A DNA stretch of 63,522 nt, the filler included, from Thermodesulfobacteriota bacterium (GTDB lineage: Bacteria > DASVDK01), in the NCBI GenBank assembly GCA_036381125.1. It is 4 parts of 4 records of this genome, joined end to end, with 100 filler letters (N's around TTAATTAATTAA, not from the genome) between each part and the next. Parts side by side here need not be neighbours in the genome. Positions count along the whole stretch, not along the records: positions 1 to 29,398 come from DASVDK010000224.1; 3 more parts are not named here. One strand, 5' to 3'. The notes below the pieces were generated by a model. The model was not told the origin of the DNA. It saw nothing but the letters and a program-made list of their open reading frames with translations, and did no database searches. This document shows, piece by piece, positions 9,595-19,869 of this stretch (its first letter is position 1; the number at the start of each line of letters is the position of its first letter). The translations under genes and the position numbers were made by a program.

Positions 9595-10487
9595 TGCCGG
9601 GCCTCCGCGCGGCGCACCGCCACGAAGTAGGCGACCAGGACGACGCCGAGCAGGAGGAACGAGAGCATCGAGACCGCGGCCGCCCGCCCCAGCTCGAAGT
9701 CGGTGAACCCCTTCAGGTAGACGAGTATGGGAAGGGTGGTCGTGGCGTTGAGCGGCCCGCCGCCGGTGAGGAGGTAGATGATGTCGAACTTGTGGAAGGT
9801 CCAGATGGTCCGCAGGAGCGCCGAGAGGAGGAACACCGGCATGATGTGCGGCAGCGTGATCACCCGGAACTGCACGAACGCGCCCGCGCCGTCGATGGTG
9901 GCCGCCTCGTACTGCTCCTGGGGGATCGCCTGGAGGATCCCGAGGAGCGCGAGGACCACGAACGGGAAGAACTTCCAGACCCCGACGAGGATCACCGAGA
10001 GCATCGCCATGCCGGGGTCGTTCAGCCAGAGCACCGGGCCTTTGGTGATGCCGAGCGAGATCAGGATGTAGTTCAGGACCCCGATGATGTCGTGGAACAT
10101 GAAGCGCCAGGTCAGGACCGCCACGACGGTGGGGACGAGGTACGGCGTCAGCGCGAGGGCACGCGCCAGCCCGCGGAAGCGGAAGCGGCGGTGCAGGAGC
10201 AGCGCGACGCCGAGCCCGAGGACCATCTCGAGCGCGACGCTGCCGAAGGTCCAGACGAGCGAGTTGACGAGCGCGTTGTGGAAGTCGGGGCTCGCGAGCG
10301 CCCAGAGGTAGTTGTCGAGCCCCGCCCAGGGGCCCTCGTCGGAGCCGGTCTCGACGTGCTGCAGGCTGATGCGGACGACCGAGAGCGTCGGGACGAACGA
10401 GAGGAGCGTGATGACGAGGGCGCTCGGCAGGAGCGAGAGATAGGCAAGCCGCCGGTCCCCCTTGTAGAGTGCGCCAGCCCTCTCCAC
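9591..10487 (-). CDS. Carbohydrate ABC permease (MalF-like)
   Basis: GTG after GAGGAG; GLDNY; IPQEQYEAATIDGAG; LLTGGGP. Confidence 0.9.
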   Translation of the reverse strand: MERAGALYKGDRRLAYLSLLPSALVITLLSFVPTLSVVRISLQHVETGSDEGPWAGLDNYLWALASPDFHNALVNSLVWTFGSVALEMVLGLGVALLLHRRFRFRGLARALALTPYLVPTVVAVLTWRFMFHDIIGVLNYILISLGITKGPVLWLNDPGMAMLSVILVGVWKFFPFVVLALLGILQAIPQEQYEAATIDGAGAFVQFRVITLPHIMPVFLLSALLRTIWTFHKFDIIYLLTGGGPLNATTTLPILVYLKGFTDFELGRAAAVSMLSFLLLGVVLVAYFVAVRRAEARQ

Positions 10488-10501
10488 CCGCGTCTCCTCG
10501 G

Positions 10502-10551
10502 TTGACAAGCGAAATACCGTTCCTTTAGCATGGCCATGTTGACCAGTCAAC
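10502..10551 (+). promoter_or_regulatory. sigma70-type promoter plus palindromic operator
   Basis: TTGACA-18-TAGCAT (10502-10531); GTTGAC-CA-GTCAAC (10538-10551) just before the RBS. Confidence 0.65.
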
Positions 10552-10565
10552 GGAGGGAGGGGGTC

Positions 10566-11885
10566 ATGAAGGCCGTCGTCGCCGTCGTCCTCGCGCTCCT
10601 CGTCGCCGGCCCGGCTCACGCCGCCGAGGTCGTGCGCTTCCTGCACAACGAGACCGACCCGCCGAGCATCGAGTTCTTCAATCGGGCGATCAAGCAGTTC
10701 GAGGCGGAGCACCCCGGCATCCGGGTCGAGATGGAGGCCGTGAGCACCGACGGCCGCCTCCAGAAGGTGACCGCGGCGATGAACGCGCGCACCATGCCCG
10801 AGGTCTTCAAGATCCTGCCCGAGGAGCGCTTCAACTTCGGCCGCCGGGGCTTCCTCGTTCCGCTCGACGACGTGGCGCGGGAGATCGGCCTCTCCGACTT
10901 CCCCGAAGAGCTGATCATCCGCATCGACGGCAAGATCTACGACCTGCCGTACACCCTGGGCAACTTCTCCACGCTCTGGTACCGCGCGGACCTCCTCGAG
11001 GCCAAGGGCGTGGCCGTGCCGAAGACCTGGGACGAGTGGCTCGCCGCCGCGCGCGCGCTCACGGACGGCGACACCTACGGCACCGTGTTCCCCGCGGGCA
11101 AGAACCGGATGACGAGCCTCTTCTTCTCGTCGCTCTTCTGGTCGGCCGGCGGCACCTACTTCGACAAGAACCTCGAGGTGACGTTCGACAAGGGCGACGC
11201 CGCGGTCAAGGCCCTCGCCTTCCTCAAGGAGCTGGCCCGGTACGCGCCGCCGGGCATCGCGTCGTACTCGTACAACGACATGATCAACACCTACCTGACC
11301 GGCAAGATCGCCCTCGACCTCTACGCGCCGCGCCTCATCGCCAACGCCGCGTCGAACCGGCCGGACCTCGTGGGAAAGACGCGCGCCGCGCCGCCGCCGG
11401 CCGGCCCCTCGGGCGTGGGGGTGCGCTTCGTGAACCAGAACAGCTTCGCGATCGCCTCCGAGCGCGTCGGGGCCGGGAACGTCGAGGCGGCCAAGACGTT
11501 CCTCAAGTACATCCTCACCGGCGACCGGGCGGCCGAGTTCTCGCTGACGGCCTATCCGCACCTGATCCCGCCCCTCGCGTCGGTGCGCAACCACCCGCTC
11601 GTGCGGCAGGGGACGCCGGCCCTCAAGGACCGGCCCGACTTCGCGAAGATGGCCTACGACACGTCGAACAGCCTCGACTTCGAGAACGAGGCGGGCGCCC
11701 GGATCGTCGACGGCAAGGTGGTCCCCGGCGTGGCGAACCCCTACATCGGCTCCATCGTCGCGCGGGACATCCCCGCGCTCGTCGTGCAGCGCGTCGTGCT
11801 GCAGGGCCAGGATCCGGCCGAGGCGGTCAGGTGGGGCGCGGCCGAGATGCGCCGCATCGTGAACGACCTCCGGAAGCGGCAGTGA
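10566..11885 (+). CDS. Carbohydrate ABC substrate-binding protein
   Basis: Signal peptide (..GPAHA); FEAEHPGIRV; WYRADLL..PKTWDEW. Confidence 0.9.
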   Translation: MKAVVAVVLALLVAGPAHAAEVVRFLHNETDPPSIEFFNRAIKQFEAEHPGIRVEMEAVSTDGRLQKVTAAMNARTMPEVFKILPEERFNFGRRGFLVPLDDVAREIGLSDFPEELIIRIDGKIYDLPYTLGNFSTLWYRADLLEAKGVAVPKTWDEWLAAARALTDGDTYGTVFPAGKNRMTSLFFSSLFWSAGGTYFDKNLEVTFDKGDAAVKALAFLKELARYAPPGIASYSYNDMINTYLTGKIALDLYAPRLIANAASNRPDLVGKTRAAPPPAGPSGVGVRFVNQNSFAIASERVGAGNVEAAKTFLKYILTGDRAAEFSLTAYPHLIPPLASVRNHPLVRQGTPALKDRPDFAKMAYDTSNSLDFENEAGARIVDGKVVPGVANPYIGSIVARDIPALVVQRVVLQGQDPAEAVRWGAAEMRRIVNDLRKRQ

Positions 11886-13393
11886 GCATCCAGCTTCGCG
11901 AACGGGTCAAGCTGCCGCCGTCGGAGCTGTTCGTCGAGAGCTACTACAGGCCGTCCGTCGGCCGCTCGTTCCAGTACCTCTTCGACGTCGAGGCCTGGAT
12001 CCACCTCGCCCACGCGCTCATGCTCGGCCGGCGGCGGATCGTCTCGCGGGGGGACGTCCGCCGGATCGTCAAGGCGATCCTCGAGCTGTCGGAGGCCGGC
12101 CCCGAGGCCCTCGACGTCGACTTCACCCAGGAGGACCTCTACTCGTACGTCGAGCGGTGGCTCGTGGGCCGACTCGGGCCGGAGGTGGGCGGCCGTCTCC
12201 ACACCGGGCGCAGCCGCAACGACCTCCACACCACGTCCTGGCGCATGGCGCTGCGCGCCTCCGTGCTGGAGACGCTGAACGCCCTGGCCGACCTCAGGGA
12301 GACGGTGATCCGGCTCGCTGCGAGGCACGTCGACACCGTCATGCCCGGCTACACCCACACGCAGCACGCGCAGCCGATCACGCTGGCGTACTACCTCCTC
12401 AGCGTCGCCGACCTGCTGGCCCGCGACCACCGCCGCCTGCGGGCGGCGCTGGCCGAGACCGACCGGTGTCCCCTCGGCTCGGGCGCCCTCACGACGACCG
12501 CCTTCCCGATCGACCGGGTCTGGACGGCACGCGCCCTCGGGTTCGCGGGCGTCCTCGAGGTCGGGTACGACGGCGTCTCCGCCCGCGACGACATCCACCA
12601 GACCTGCGCGGCGCTCGCCATCCTCATGACGAACCTGTCGAGGGTCGCCTTCGACCTCCAGGCCTGGAACACCGCCGAGTTCCGGTTCGTCGAGATCGGC
12701 GACCAGCACGCCTCGGTGAGCAGCATCATGCCGCAGAAGAAGAACCCGGCCGCCCTCGAGCACATCAAGGCCGCGACCGGCATGGTGACCGGGGCCCTCG
12801 TGGCCGCGCTGGCCTGCACGAAGAACACGTCGCTCAGCGACGTGAACGACGGCGTCACGGCCATCAACGAGCCGGTGCTCGACGCCGCCATGCGGACGCG
12901 CCGGATCCTCCGGCTGGCGGCCGAGGTGCTCGAGGCGCTGACGGTCAACGCGGACGTGATGCTCCGCGCGGCGCAGGTCGGCTACGGCACCGCGACGGAG
13001 CTGGCCGACGTGATCGTGCGCGAGACCGGCCTCTCCTTCCGGATGGCGCACAACATCGTGGCCGGCGTCGTCCGCGAGGCGATCGAGGCCGGCAAGACCG
13101 CGGTCGACATCACCGCGGCCGACCTCGAGCGGATGAGCCGGCAGCTCTTCGGCGAGCCGCTCGGCATCTCCGACAAGGCCGTGGCCGGCGCGCTCGACCC
13201 CGCGCGCAACGTGAGGGTCCGCACCGTGCTCGGCGGCCCGGCGCCGGCCAACGTCCGCCGGATGCTGGCCGCGCGCCGGCGCGACCTCGCCCGAGACCGG
13301 GCCGACCTGGGCAGGACGGCCGCGCGCATCGCGAAGGCGCGCGACCGCGTTTTCGCCCTGGCCGCCCGAGAGGCGGCGCAGGCCGAGGCGTAA
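11882..13393 (+). CDS. Argininosuccinate lyase-like C-N lyase (aspartase/fumarase superfamily)
   Basis: HTGRSRND; GYTHTQHAQP; SSIMPQKKNP; GTGA overlap with the SBP gene. Confidence 0.85.
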   Translation: MSIQLRERVKLPPSELFVESYYRPSVGRSFQYLFDVEAWIHLAHALMLGRRRIVSRGDVRRIVKAILELSEAGPEALDVDFTQEDLYSYVERWLVGRLGPEVGGRLHTGRSRNDLHTTSWRMALRASVLETLNALADLRETVIRLAARHVDTVMPGYTHTQHAQPITLAYYLLSVADLLARDHRRLRAALAETDRCPLGSGALTTTAFPIDRVWTARALGFAGVLEVGYDGVSARDDIHQTCAALAILMTNLSRVAFDLQAWNTAEFRFVEIGDQHASVSSIMPQKKNPAALEHIKAATGMVTGALVAALACTKNTSLSDVNDGVTAINEPVLDAAMRTRRILRLAAEVLEALTVNADVMLRAAQVGYGTATELADVIVRETGLSFRMAHNIVAGVVREAIEAGKTAVDITAADLERMSRQLFGEPLGISDKAVAGALDPARNVRVRTVLGGPAPANVRRMLAARRRDLARDRADLGRTAARIAKARDRVFALAAREAAQAEA

Positions 13394-13409
13394 GCGGGGT
13401 GAGCCCGGC

Positions 13410-14591
13410 ATGGCCGTGAGCCCCGTCTGGCCCATCGTGGCCGCGGGGTTCGTCTCCATGGCGGTGTCCGGACTCATCTGGCACTCGTTCAGCCTCTTCC
13501 TCGTCGCCCTCGAGCGGGAGTTCGGCTGGAGCCGGGCCACCATCTCCGGCGCCTACACGCTCTTCACCATCGTGAACGCCCTCGGCGCGCCGGCCGTGGG
13601 GTGGCTCCTGCCGCGCGTCGACTCGCGCGCGGTGCTCGGGATCGCGTCGCTGCTCCTCGCCGGCGGCCTCCTCCTCGCCTCGCGCGTCGAGTCGGCTGCC
13701 GGCTTCTACCTGGCGTTCGGGCTCGTCGCCGGCGCGGGCGTCCAGGCGTGCAGCACGCTCGCGCTCTTCACCATCCTCGCCAACTGGCTCGGGCCGCGCG
13801 CCGCGCCCGGCATGTCGCTCGTCGACTCCGGCTCGGGCATCGGCGTCTTCCTCGGGCTGCCCGCGCTGCACGCGGTCATCGAGGCCGCCGGCTGGCGCGC
13901 CGCCTACGTCGGCCTCGGCGTCCTCGTGCTCGTGACCGTGCTGCCGATGAACGCGATCCTCATGCGCTACGGCCCGCCCGGCTTCGCCGCGGCGGCCGCC
14001 GCCGCACGCCGCGACGGCTCCGCGCCGGCCGCGAAGCGGCCCGGGATGGCGTGGATCGGCGTCGCCTTCTTCCTCGGCCCCGTCGCGTTCCACGGCCTCA
14101 TGACCCAGCAGGTGGCGCTCTTCCAGGACCAGGGCGTCGAGGCGGCCGCGGCCGTCTGGATCGCTTCGGCCACCGGCCTCTGCGTCTTCGCCTTCCGCTT
14201 CGCGGCCGGCTTCGTCGTGAGCCGCTTCGGCGAGACCGCCGCCATGGCGGCGCAGTGCGTCGCCGCCGCCCTCGCCGTCGGCTGCCTGCTGCTCCTCCTC
14301 GGCGGGGCGGGCTCGTCGGTGCTCTACGCGTATCCGGTCCTCCTCGGCGCCGGCTTCGGCCCCCAGGCCATCGTGCTCGCCCTCGGCACCCGGCGTCTCG
14401 TGGCGCCGGCCGACTTCGGCGTCGCGTACGGCGTCCTTCGCCTCGTAGGCGGCGCCGGCATGGCCGTCGGCCCCTCGCTGGCCGCGGGCGTGTTCGACGT
14501 CACCGGCAGCTACGCGGCCGCACTCGTGCTGCTCGTCGTCATGGTCGGCGGGCAGTACCTCTCGTATCGCACGGCGCTCGCGCGGGCGTGA
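13410..14591 (+). CDS. MFS transporter
   Basis: About 12 hydrophobic segments; EFGWSRATISGA; GWRAAY. Confidence 0.85.
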   Translation: MAVSPVWPIVAAGFVSMAVSGLIWHSFSLFLVALEREFGWSRATISGAYTLFTIVNALGAPAVGWLLPRVDSRAVLGIASLLLAGGLLLASRVESAAGFYLAFGLVAGAGVQACSTLALFTILANWLGPRAAPGMSLVDSGSGIGVFLGLPALHAVIEAAGWRAAYVGLGVLVLVTVLPMNAILMRYGPPGFAAAAAAARRDGSAPAAKRPGMAWIGVAFFLGPVAFHGLMTQQVALFQDQGVEAAAAVWIASATGLCVFAFRFAAGFVVSRFGETAAMAAQCVAAALAVGCLLLLLGGAGSSVLYAYPVLLGAGFGPQAIVLALGTRRLVAPADFGVAYGVLRLVGGAGMAVGPSLAAGVFDVTGSYAAALVLLVVMVGGQYLSYRTALARA

Positions 14592-14630
14592 TGCGAATCA
14601 TCGGCGCCATGCGCATCCCGCCCGCGGCGT

Positions 14631-14646
14631 CGGCACGGTCCCTGCT
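14631..14646 (+). promoter_or_regulatory. Putative sigma54 (-24/-12) promoter
   Basis: CGGCAC-N5-CTGCT about 65 bp upstream of the lipoprotein ATG. Confidence 0.45.
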
Positions 14647-14709
14647 GTTCGTCTCTCCGCACGTCCACGGGCAGGAGGCTCGTGGCCAACCGCAGGAGAG
14701 ATCGACGCG

Positions 14710-15129
14710 ATGAGCACTCGCACCCTCACCACCCTTGCCGCCGCCGCGATCCTCGGCGGCGGGCTCGCCGCCGGATGCGCGGCCTTCGACCGCGACGACG
14801 AGCCCGCGGCGACGACCAGCCCGTCGACCACGAGCGGCTCCACCACCTCGACGAGCCCCTCGAGCACCGGCGGCCCGATGACGACGTCGAGCCCCGAGGG
14901 GAGCGTCTCGGGCACCACGACGCCGGGCGGCGCCACGTCGAGCGGCACCACCGGCACGAGCCCCTACGGGACCGGCACCTCGAGCGGCACGATGTCGCCC
15001 GGCAGCACCGGCTCGAGCGGCACGACCGACAGCACCACGTCCGGCGGCGGCAGCTCCGGGGCCATGCCGTCGGCGAGCCCGTACGGCAGCGGCGGCTCCG
15101 GCGCGCTGCCGGGCGCAAGCCCGCAGTAA
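14710..15129 (+). CDS. Small Ser/Thr/Gly/Pro-rich lipoprotein
   Basis: RBS AGGAGA; lipobox LAAGC; low-complexity mature region. Confidence 0.75.
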   Translation: MSTRTLTTLAAAAILGGGLAAGCAAFDRDDEPAATTSPSTTSGSTTSTSPSSTGGPMTTSSPEGSVSGTTTPGGATSSGTTGTSPYGTGTSSGTMSPGSTGSSGTTDSTTSGGGSSGAMPSASPYGSGGSGALPGASPQ

Positions 15130-15142
15130 GGCAAGACGGGAA

Positions 15143-15172
15143 GGCCGGGACGGCCGCGCGGCCGTCCCGGCC
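15143..15172. terminator. 30-bp perfect palindrome between convergent genes
   Basis: GGCCGGGACGGCCGCGCGGCCGTCCCGGCC. Confidence 0.6.
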
Positions 15173-15213
15173 CGGTGGTGCGATGAAACGCCGGCGAGGC
15201 GAGACGTCGCCGG

Positions 15214-17430
15214 CTAGTTGCCGCCGAAGCTGATCCAGGTCCCCGCCAGGTCGCGCTGCTCGACCCCCTTCTTCGACCAGTCGCAGACGCCCGTCGGGAA
15301 GATGGCCTTCAGGCGCGCCCACTGCTCGTCGGAGAACGGCACCCGGTAGTCGCGGCGGCTCACCGGCTTGAGCCGGCACTTGATGACGTCGGCCGCGATG
15401 TCCGCCCCCGCCACCTCCCGCGGGAACGAGTACGACGGATAGAGCTGCTCGCAGGTCGAGTTCGGGTCGCGGTCGAGCGTCTCCGCGACGAAGGTCGGAC
15501 TCGCGTCACGGGTCAGGCAGCCCTCCTGCAGGTCGGGCGGCCTGTTGCGCACGACCTTCTGGAACGTGCTTCCGGGCCGCGTGTCCTCGTTGATGGCCGT
15601 GATCCACCGGTCCATAGTGAGGATCATCCGCCGGAGCAGCGGGCTCGCCGTGCTGTAGAGGCCGTACCGGTTGTCCTCGACCACCGAGACGTGGTTGGCC
15701 GCGGTGCCGTTGGCCTTGAGGAGCCGCTTGCGCAGGGACAGCGTGTGGTACCGGACGTGGATGTCGCCGTTCGGGGCCTCGTCGTTGTACGCCCGGTAGT
15801 CGATGATCGGGATCTCGTGCAGGCCGCCGCCGTTCGTGAGCCGGCCGGTGAGGTAGGCCGCCCGCATCGCCTTCGTATCGCCGACGGTACGCTGCCCCGG
15901 CGGCAGGATGTTCGCGTCGTCGTCGAAGCCGCCGATCTTCTCGTTGAGGTCGAGGAACTGATCCACCGTGATCAGCCCCGCGTTGAGGACCTTGAGGCCG
16001 TACTGGATGCCGACGTTGTCGAGCGGCCGGCGGGCGAAGCCGGTCTTCCTGTCCCTGCCGTAGACGTTGACGTGGTGATCGAAGACGTCGCACCGGACGC
16101 CGTCCGGCTTGGTGGCGGGGTCGTACCTGAGCATGGCCGGCAGCACGCCGCAGTTCCGGTTGATGTCGCCCCGCGGGTCGATGCGCCGGGCGCCGACGGC
16201 CACGTTCGGCGCCGTGGCATAGACGCCGAAGCCGGTGACGAGCCGCTTCTGCTCGGCCGTCCACTCGACGCCCGCGCGGGTGGTGAAGTAGTTGTCGAGG
16301 AGCCACGCGTCGGTGATGAAGCTAACGGTCGCGAAGCCGACCTCCGGGAAGGAGCAGCCGGGGATGATGCCGTCGAGGAGGCCCGGGTAGTTGTCGGCGA
16401 TCTGGTGCTGCTGGTAGGAGCCGCCCGAGCAGCCGAAGCCCTGCGTGTGCCTGGGCGGGCCGTAGGCCTCGATGAAGCGCTCCTTGACCATCATCATCGT
16501 CTCGGCCGCCGTGAGGTCGGAGCAGTTGTTGCCGAAGACGTTGAGCGAGGCCGAGGCGACGGCGTAGCCGTTCGACAGCATGAAGTCGTCGGTCACGCCG
16601 CCGGTGCTCCGTCCCTGCCGGTACCAGCCGTTGATGCAGCCGCCGCCGAAGGTGTAGATGAGCCGCCCGTTCCAGCCCTTCGGCTTCGTGTGGAAGTTCG
16701 GCTCCGGCTCGGCCAGCGGATCGTGCAGGATCGTCGTCTGGTAGATGGAGCGGTTGACCGTGCCGGTCTCCATCCGGACGATGTACGGCACCGTCACGCC
16801 GAGCGTGCTGGTCGTCTGCGCCAGATCGGCCGGGTAGCTGGACGTGCCGGCCGGCCAGGGCGCGAACTCGCCGGCGGTGGTTTGGTAGAAGTAGTCCACC
16901 CGCCTCGTGATCGAGCAGTTGTCGTCGAGCGCCGGGCCGAGGTTGCCGCCGATCACCGGGAGCGTGAAGGACTCCGTCTCGCAGATGAACGGCTGCTGGT
17001 GCGGCCCGGAGAAGACCGGCCCCTCGATGGGGTGATTGATCAGGGTGATCCGCGCCTTCGGCTCCCGGCCCCGGCGATGCTCGTCCTCCCGCACCTCGAG
17101 CCTGTTGTTGCCGAGCTCGAGGCCGGTGACGAGCCCCGTGAACGTCCGGAACGACTCGTTCACGACGAACGCGCCGGTCACGTTCCTGCCGTTCAGCTCC
17201 ACCCGCACGTCGTGGAGCCTGACGCCCCGGGGCACGTCGATGCGGACGAGCGCGTCGCCGCCCGTCACCATGTCGGCCCTGCCGGACAGGACCGCGATCT
17301 CGAAGTTGTTCTTGTCGTGCCACCCGTGGCCCCGGCCCGCCGCCCCGGCCGGGCCGGCGGTCACGAGCAGCGCCGCCGCGCCCACGAGCGCGGCGCACGA
17401 GGCGAACGGGCGTGTCCAACCGCGAGGCAT
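15214..17430 (-). CDS. Secreted tannase-like alpha/beta hydrolase (DUF6351-like)
   Basis: Signal peptide; DMVTGGDALVRI; GFGCSGGSYQQ nucleophile elbow; FPTGVCDWSKKGV C-terminus. Confidence 0.75.
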   Translation of the reverse strand: MPRGWTRPFASCAALVGAAALLVTAGPAGAAGRGHGWHDKNNFEIAVLSGRADMVTGGDALVRIDVPRGVRLHDVRVELNGRNVTGAFVVNESFRTFTGLVTGLELGNNRLEVREDEHRRGREPKARITLINHPIEGPVFSGPHQQPFICETESFTLPVIGGNLGPALDDNCSITRRVDYFYQTTAGEFAPWPAGTSSYPADLAQTTSTLGVTVPYIVRMETGTVNRSIYQTTILHDPLAEPEPNFHTKPKGWNGRLIYTFGGGCINGWYRQGRSTGGVTDDFMLSNGYAVASASLNVFGNNCSDLTAAETMMMVKERFIEAYGPPRHTQGFGCSGGSYQQHQIADNYPGLLDGIIPGCSFPEVGFATVSFITDAWLLDNYFTTRAGVEWTAEQKRLVTGFGVYATAPNVAVGARRIDPRGDINRNCGVLPAMLRYDPATKPDGVRCDVFDHHVNVYGRDRKTGFARRPLDNVGIQYGLKVLNAGLITVDQFLDLNEKIGGFDDDANILPPGQRTVGDTKAMRAAYLTGRLTNGGGLHEIPIIDYRAYNDEAPNGDIHVRYHTLSLRKRLLKANGTAANHVSVVEDNRYGLYSTASPLLRRMILTMDRWITAINEDTRPGSTFQKVVRNRPPDLQEGCLTRDASPTFVAETLDRDPNSTCEQLYPSYSFPREVAGADIAADVIKCRLKPVSRRDYRVPFSDEQWARLKAIFPTGVCDWSKKGVEQRDLAGTWISFGGN

Positions 17431-17726
17431 CTCCCCCCTCCCAGTCGCGCTTGCCCTTGTCCAGGCGCCTGCCACGGCAGCGCCGCTTGTCGACAAGACA
17501 GGCGGCCCATGGGTCAGGCGGCGTGCGCAGCGACTGTATACCAGTGTTAGGAAGCGGAGGAATACGGGATCGATCACATCGACGACGCCTCGCTCGGTCC
17601 GCGGTGTCTCGCGCATGCACAGGAGGCGGCAGCATTGCTACGATGCGCTCCGTTGGCTCGCATGCGGCTCGTGGTGACGGCGTCAGGGTCACCGGAAGGG
17701 CCCCGGGAGTCCGGGAGGAGGGATCG

Positions 17727-18788
17727 ATGAAGCGTGCGGCGATCTCGGCGTTCGCGCTGGCGGCCGGGTTGCTCGTCCTCGGCGCCGCGGCCTGGCGGGC
17801 GGAGGCCCAGGAGGCGTCGGGCGAGGTCACGTTGATGTCCTACGCCGGCGTCTTCCAGGACCAGTACGTCAAGGCGGTGGTCGAGCCGTTCATGGCGAAG
17901 CACCCGAAGATCAGGGTGAAGTTCACGACCAGCGGCAACTCGGCCCAGATGCTGGGAGCGCTCCGGGCCCAGAAGTCCGACCCGCAGGTGGACGTCATCA
18001 TCTTCGACGCCGGCACCGGCCTGGTCGGCAACCGTGAGGGGCTGCTCGACACCATCTCCGAGCAGGAGGTGCCGAACCTCGCGAACCTCTACCCGGCGGC
18101 CATCGTGCAGAAGGGCTACGGGCCGGCGGTCACCTTCGACAACCTGGTCCTCGTCTACGACACCACGAAGGTCACGAGCAAGCCGGACAGCCTGGCCGAG
18201 CTCTGGAAGCCCGAGTACAGGGGCAAGGTCGGCGTCTCCGGCATGCCGAACATCCAGGGCATCGCGTTCACGGTGATGACCGCGAAGATGATCGGGGAGG
18301 ACTGGACGAAGTCGATCGACCGGACGGTGAAGAAGCTCGCCGAGCTGGCGCCCTCGGTCCAGACGTTCGACCCGTCGCCCGACGGCTACACGCTCGTCCT
18401 CAACGGCACGCTCGAGTGGGCGACCGGCTGGAACGCGCGCGCGCAGTTCTTCCGCAACGAGTCGAAGGGCAAGCTCGGCGTCCTGCTGCCGAAGGAAGGC
18501 AGCGTCATGCAGATCAACACGATCAACCTCGTGAAGGGCGCGAAGAACCGGGCGGCGGCGCTGGCGTTCATCGACTACGCGCTCTCGGCCGAGGCGCAGA
18601 AGGCCTTCACCGAGGCGATGTACTACGCGCCGGCCAACCGGACGGCGAAGATCAGCGAGGAGGCGCTCGGCCGGACCGCCACGGCCAGGATCGACGAGAT
18701 GCTGCCGCTCGACTGGGGGTGGGTGGCGAAGATCCGCGACCAGTGGAACACCCGCTGGCGGCGCGAGGTCATCGCGGCCGGCCGCTGA
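17727..18788 (+). CDS. Polyamine/opine-type ABC substrate-binding protein
   Basis: RBS GGAGGAGG; signal peptide; LWKPEYRGKV; PKEGS; FIDYALSAEAQ. Confidence 0.9.
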   Translation: MKRAAISAFALAAGLLVLGAAAWRAEAQEASGEVTLMSYAGVFQDQYVKAVVEPFMAKHPKIRVKFTTSGNSAQMLGALRAQKSDPQVDVIIFDAGTGLVGNREGLLDTISEQEVPNLANLYPAAIVQKGYGPAVTFDNLVLVYDTTKVTSKPDSLAELWKPEYRGKVGVSGMPNIQGIAFTVMTAKMIGEDWTKSIDRTVKKLAELAPSVQTFDPSPDGYTLVLNGTLEWATGWNARAQFFRNESKGKLGVLLPKEGSVMQINTINLVKGAKNRAAALAFIDYALSAEAQKAFTEAMYYAPANRTAKISEEALGRTATARIDEMLPLDWGWVAKIRDQWNTRWRREVIAAGR

Positions 18789-18795
18789 CGACGGC

Positions 18796-19869
18796 ATGGA
18801 GCACGCACACATCGCGCTGCGCTCGCTCTCCCGCGACTACGGCACCGGCAGGCCGGCGGTCGACGCCCTCGACCTCGACATCGAGCGGGGCGAGTTCGTG
18901 GGGCTCCTCGGCCCCTCGGGGTGCGGCAAGACCACCACGCTGCGGATGATCGCCGGCCTCGTCCAGCCGACGCGCGGCGCGGTCTTCCTCGGCGGCCGGG
19001 AGATCACCCGCGAGCCGGCCTGGCGGCGCAACCTCGGCCTCGTGTTCCAGAGCTACGCGCTCTTCCCCCACATGACCGTGGCCGCGAACGTCGCCTTCGG
19101 GCTCAGGCTCCGGAAGGTCCCGCGCGCCGAGGTCGAGCGGCGGGTGGCCGAGGCGCTGAGGCTCGTGCGCCTCGAGGGCTACGGCGACCGGCGGCCGCGC
19201 GAGCTGTCGGGCGGCCAGCAGCAGCGCGTCGCCATCGCCCGCGCCCTGGTGATCGAGCCGGACGTGCTCCTCCTCGACGAGCCGCTCTCGAACCTCGACG
19301 CGCGGCTCCGCGACGAGATGCGGGTCGAGATCCGGGAGATCCAGCAGAAGGTTGGCATCACCACGATCTTCGTGACCCACGACCAGCAGGAGGCGCTGAC
19401 CCTCTGCGACCGGATCGCCGTCATGCGCGACGGTCGTCTCGAGCAGGCCGGCACGCCGGCCGAGGTCTACGACCGGCCGGCCACCGCCTTCGTCGCCGGC
19501 TTCGTCGGGCGGATCAACGCGATCGGCTGCGAGGTGGAGGAGCGCGCCGGCGCGCGCCGGCTCGTCGCGGCCGGCCGCCCGATCCCGGCCCCGGCCGCCC
19601 TTCCGGCCGGCCGCTCCATGTCGGCCATGGTGCGGCCGCACGTCGTCGAGCTGCGCGCGGCGCTCTCGGACGGGGAGCCGGGCCTCGTCGGCACCGTGAA
19701 GCGGCGCACCTTCGTCGGCAACCTGATCGAGGTCGAGGTCGACTGTGGGCCGGAGGCGAGAATGCTCGTCGAGGTCAGGCCGGGCTCCGATCAGGACCGC
19801 CTGGCCGCGCCCGGCGCCGGGGTCGGGCTCGTCTGGCCCGCCGATCGGACGATCGTCTTCCCGACATGA
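18796..19869 (+). CDS. PotA-like ABC ATPase
   Basis: [31 protein letters not shown]-terminal TOBE-like region. Confidence 0.92.
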   Translation: MEHAHIALRSLSRDYGTGRPAVDALDLDIERGEFVGLLGPSGCGKTTTLRMIAGLVQPTRGAVFLGGREITREPAWRRNLGLVFQSYALFPHMTVAANVAFGLRLRKVPRAEVERRVAEALRLVRLEGYGDRRPRELSGGQQQRVAIARALVIEPDVLLLDEPLSNLDARLRDEMRVEIREIQQKVGITTIFVTHDQQEALTLCDRIAVMRDGRLEQAGTPAEVYDRPATAFVAGFVGRINAIGCEVEERAGARRLVAAGRPIPAPAALPAGRSMSAMVRPHVVELRAALSDGEPGLVGTVKRRTFVGNLIEVEVDCGPEARMLVEVRPGSDQDRLAAPGAGVGLVWPADRTIVFPT

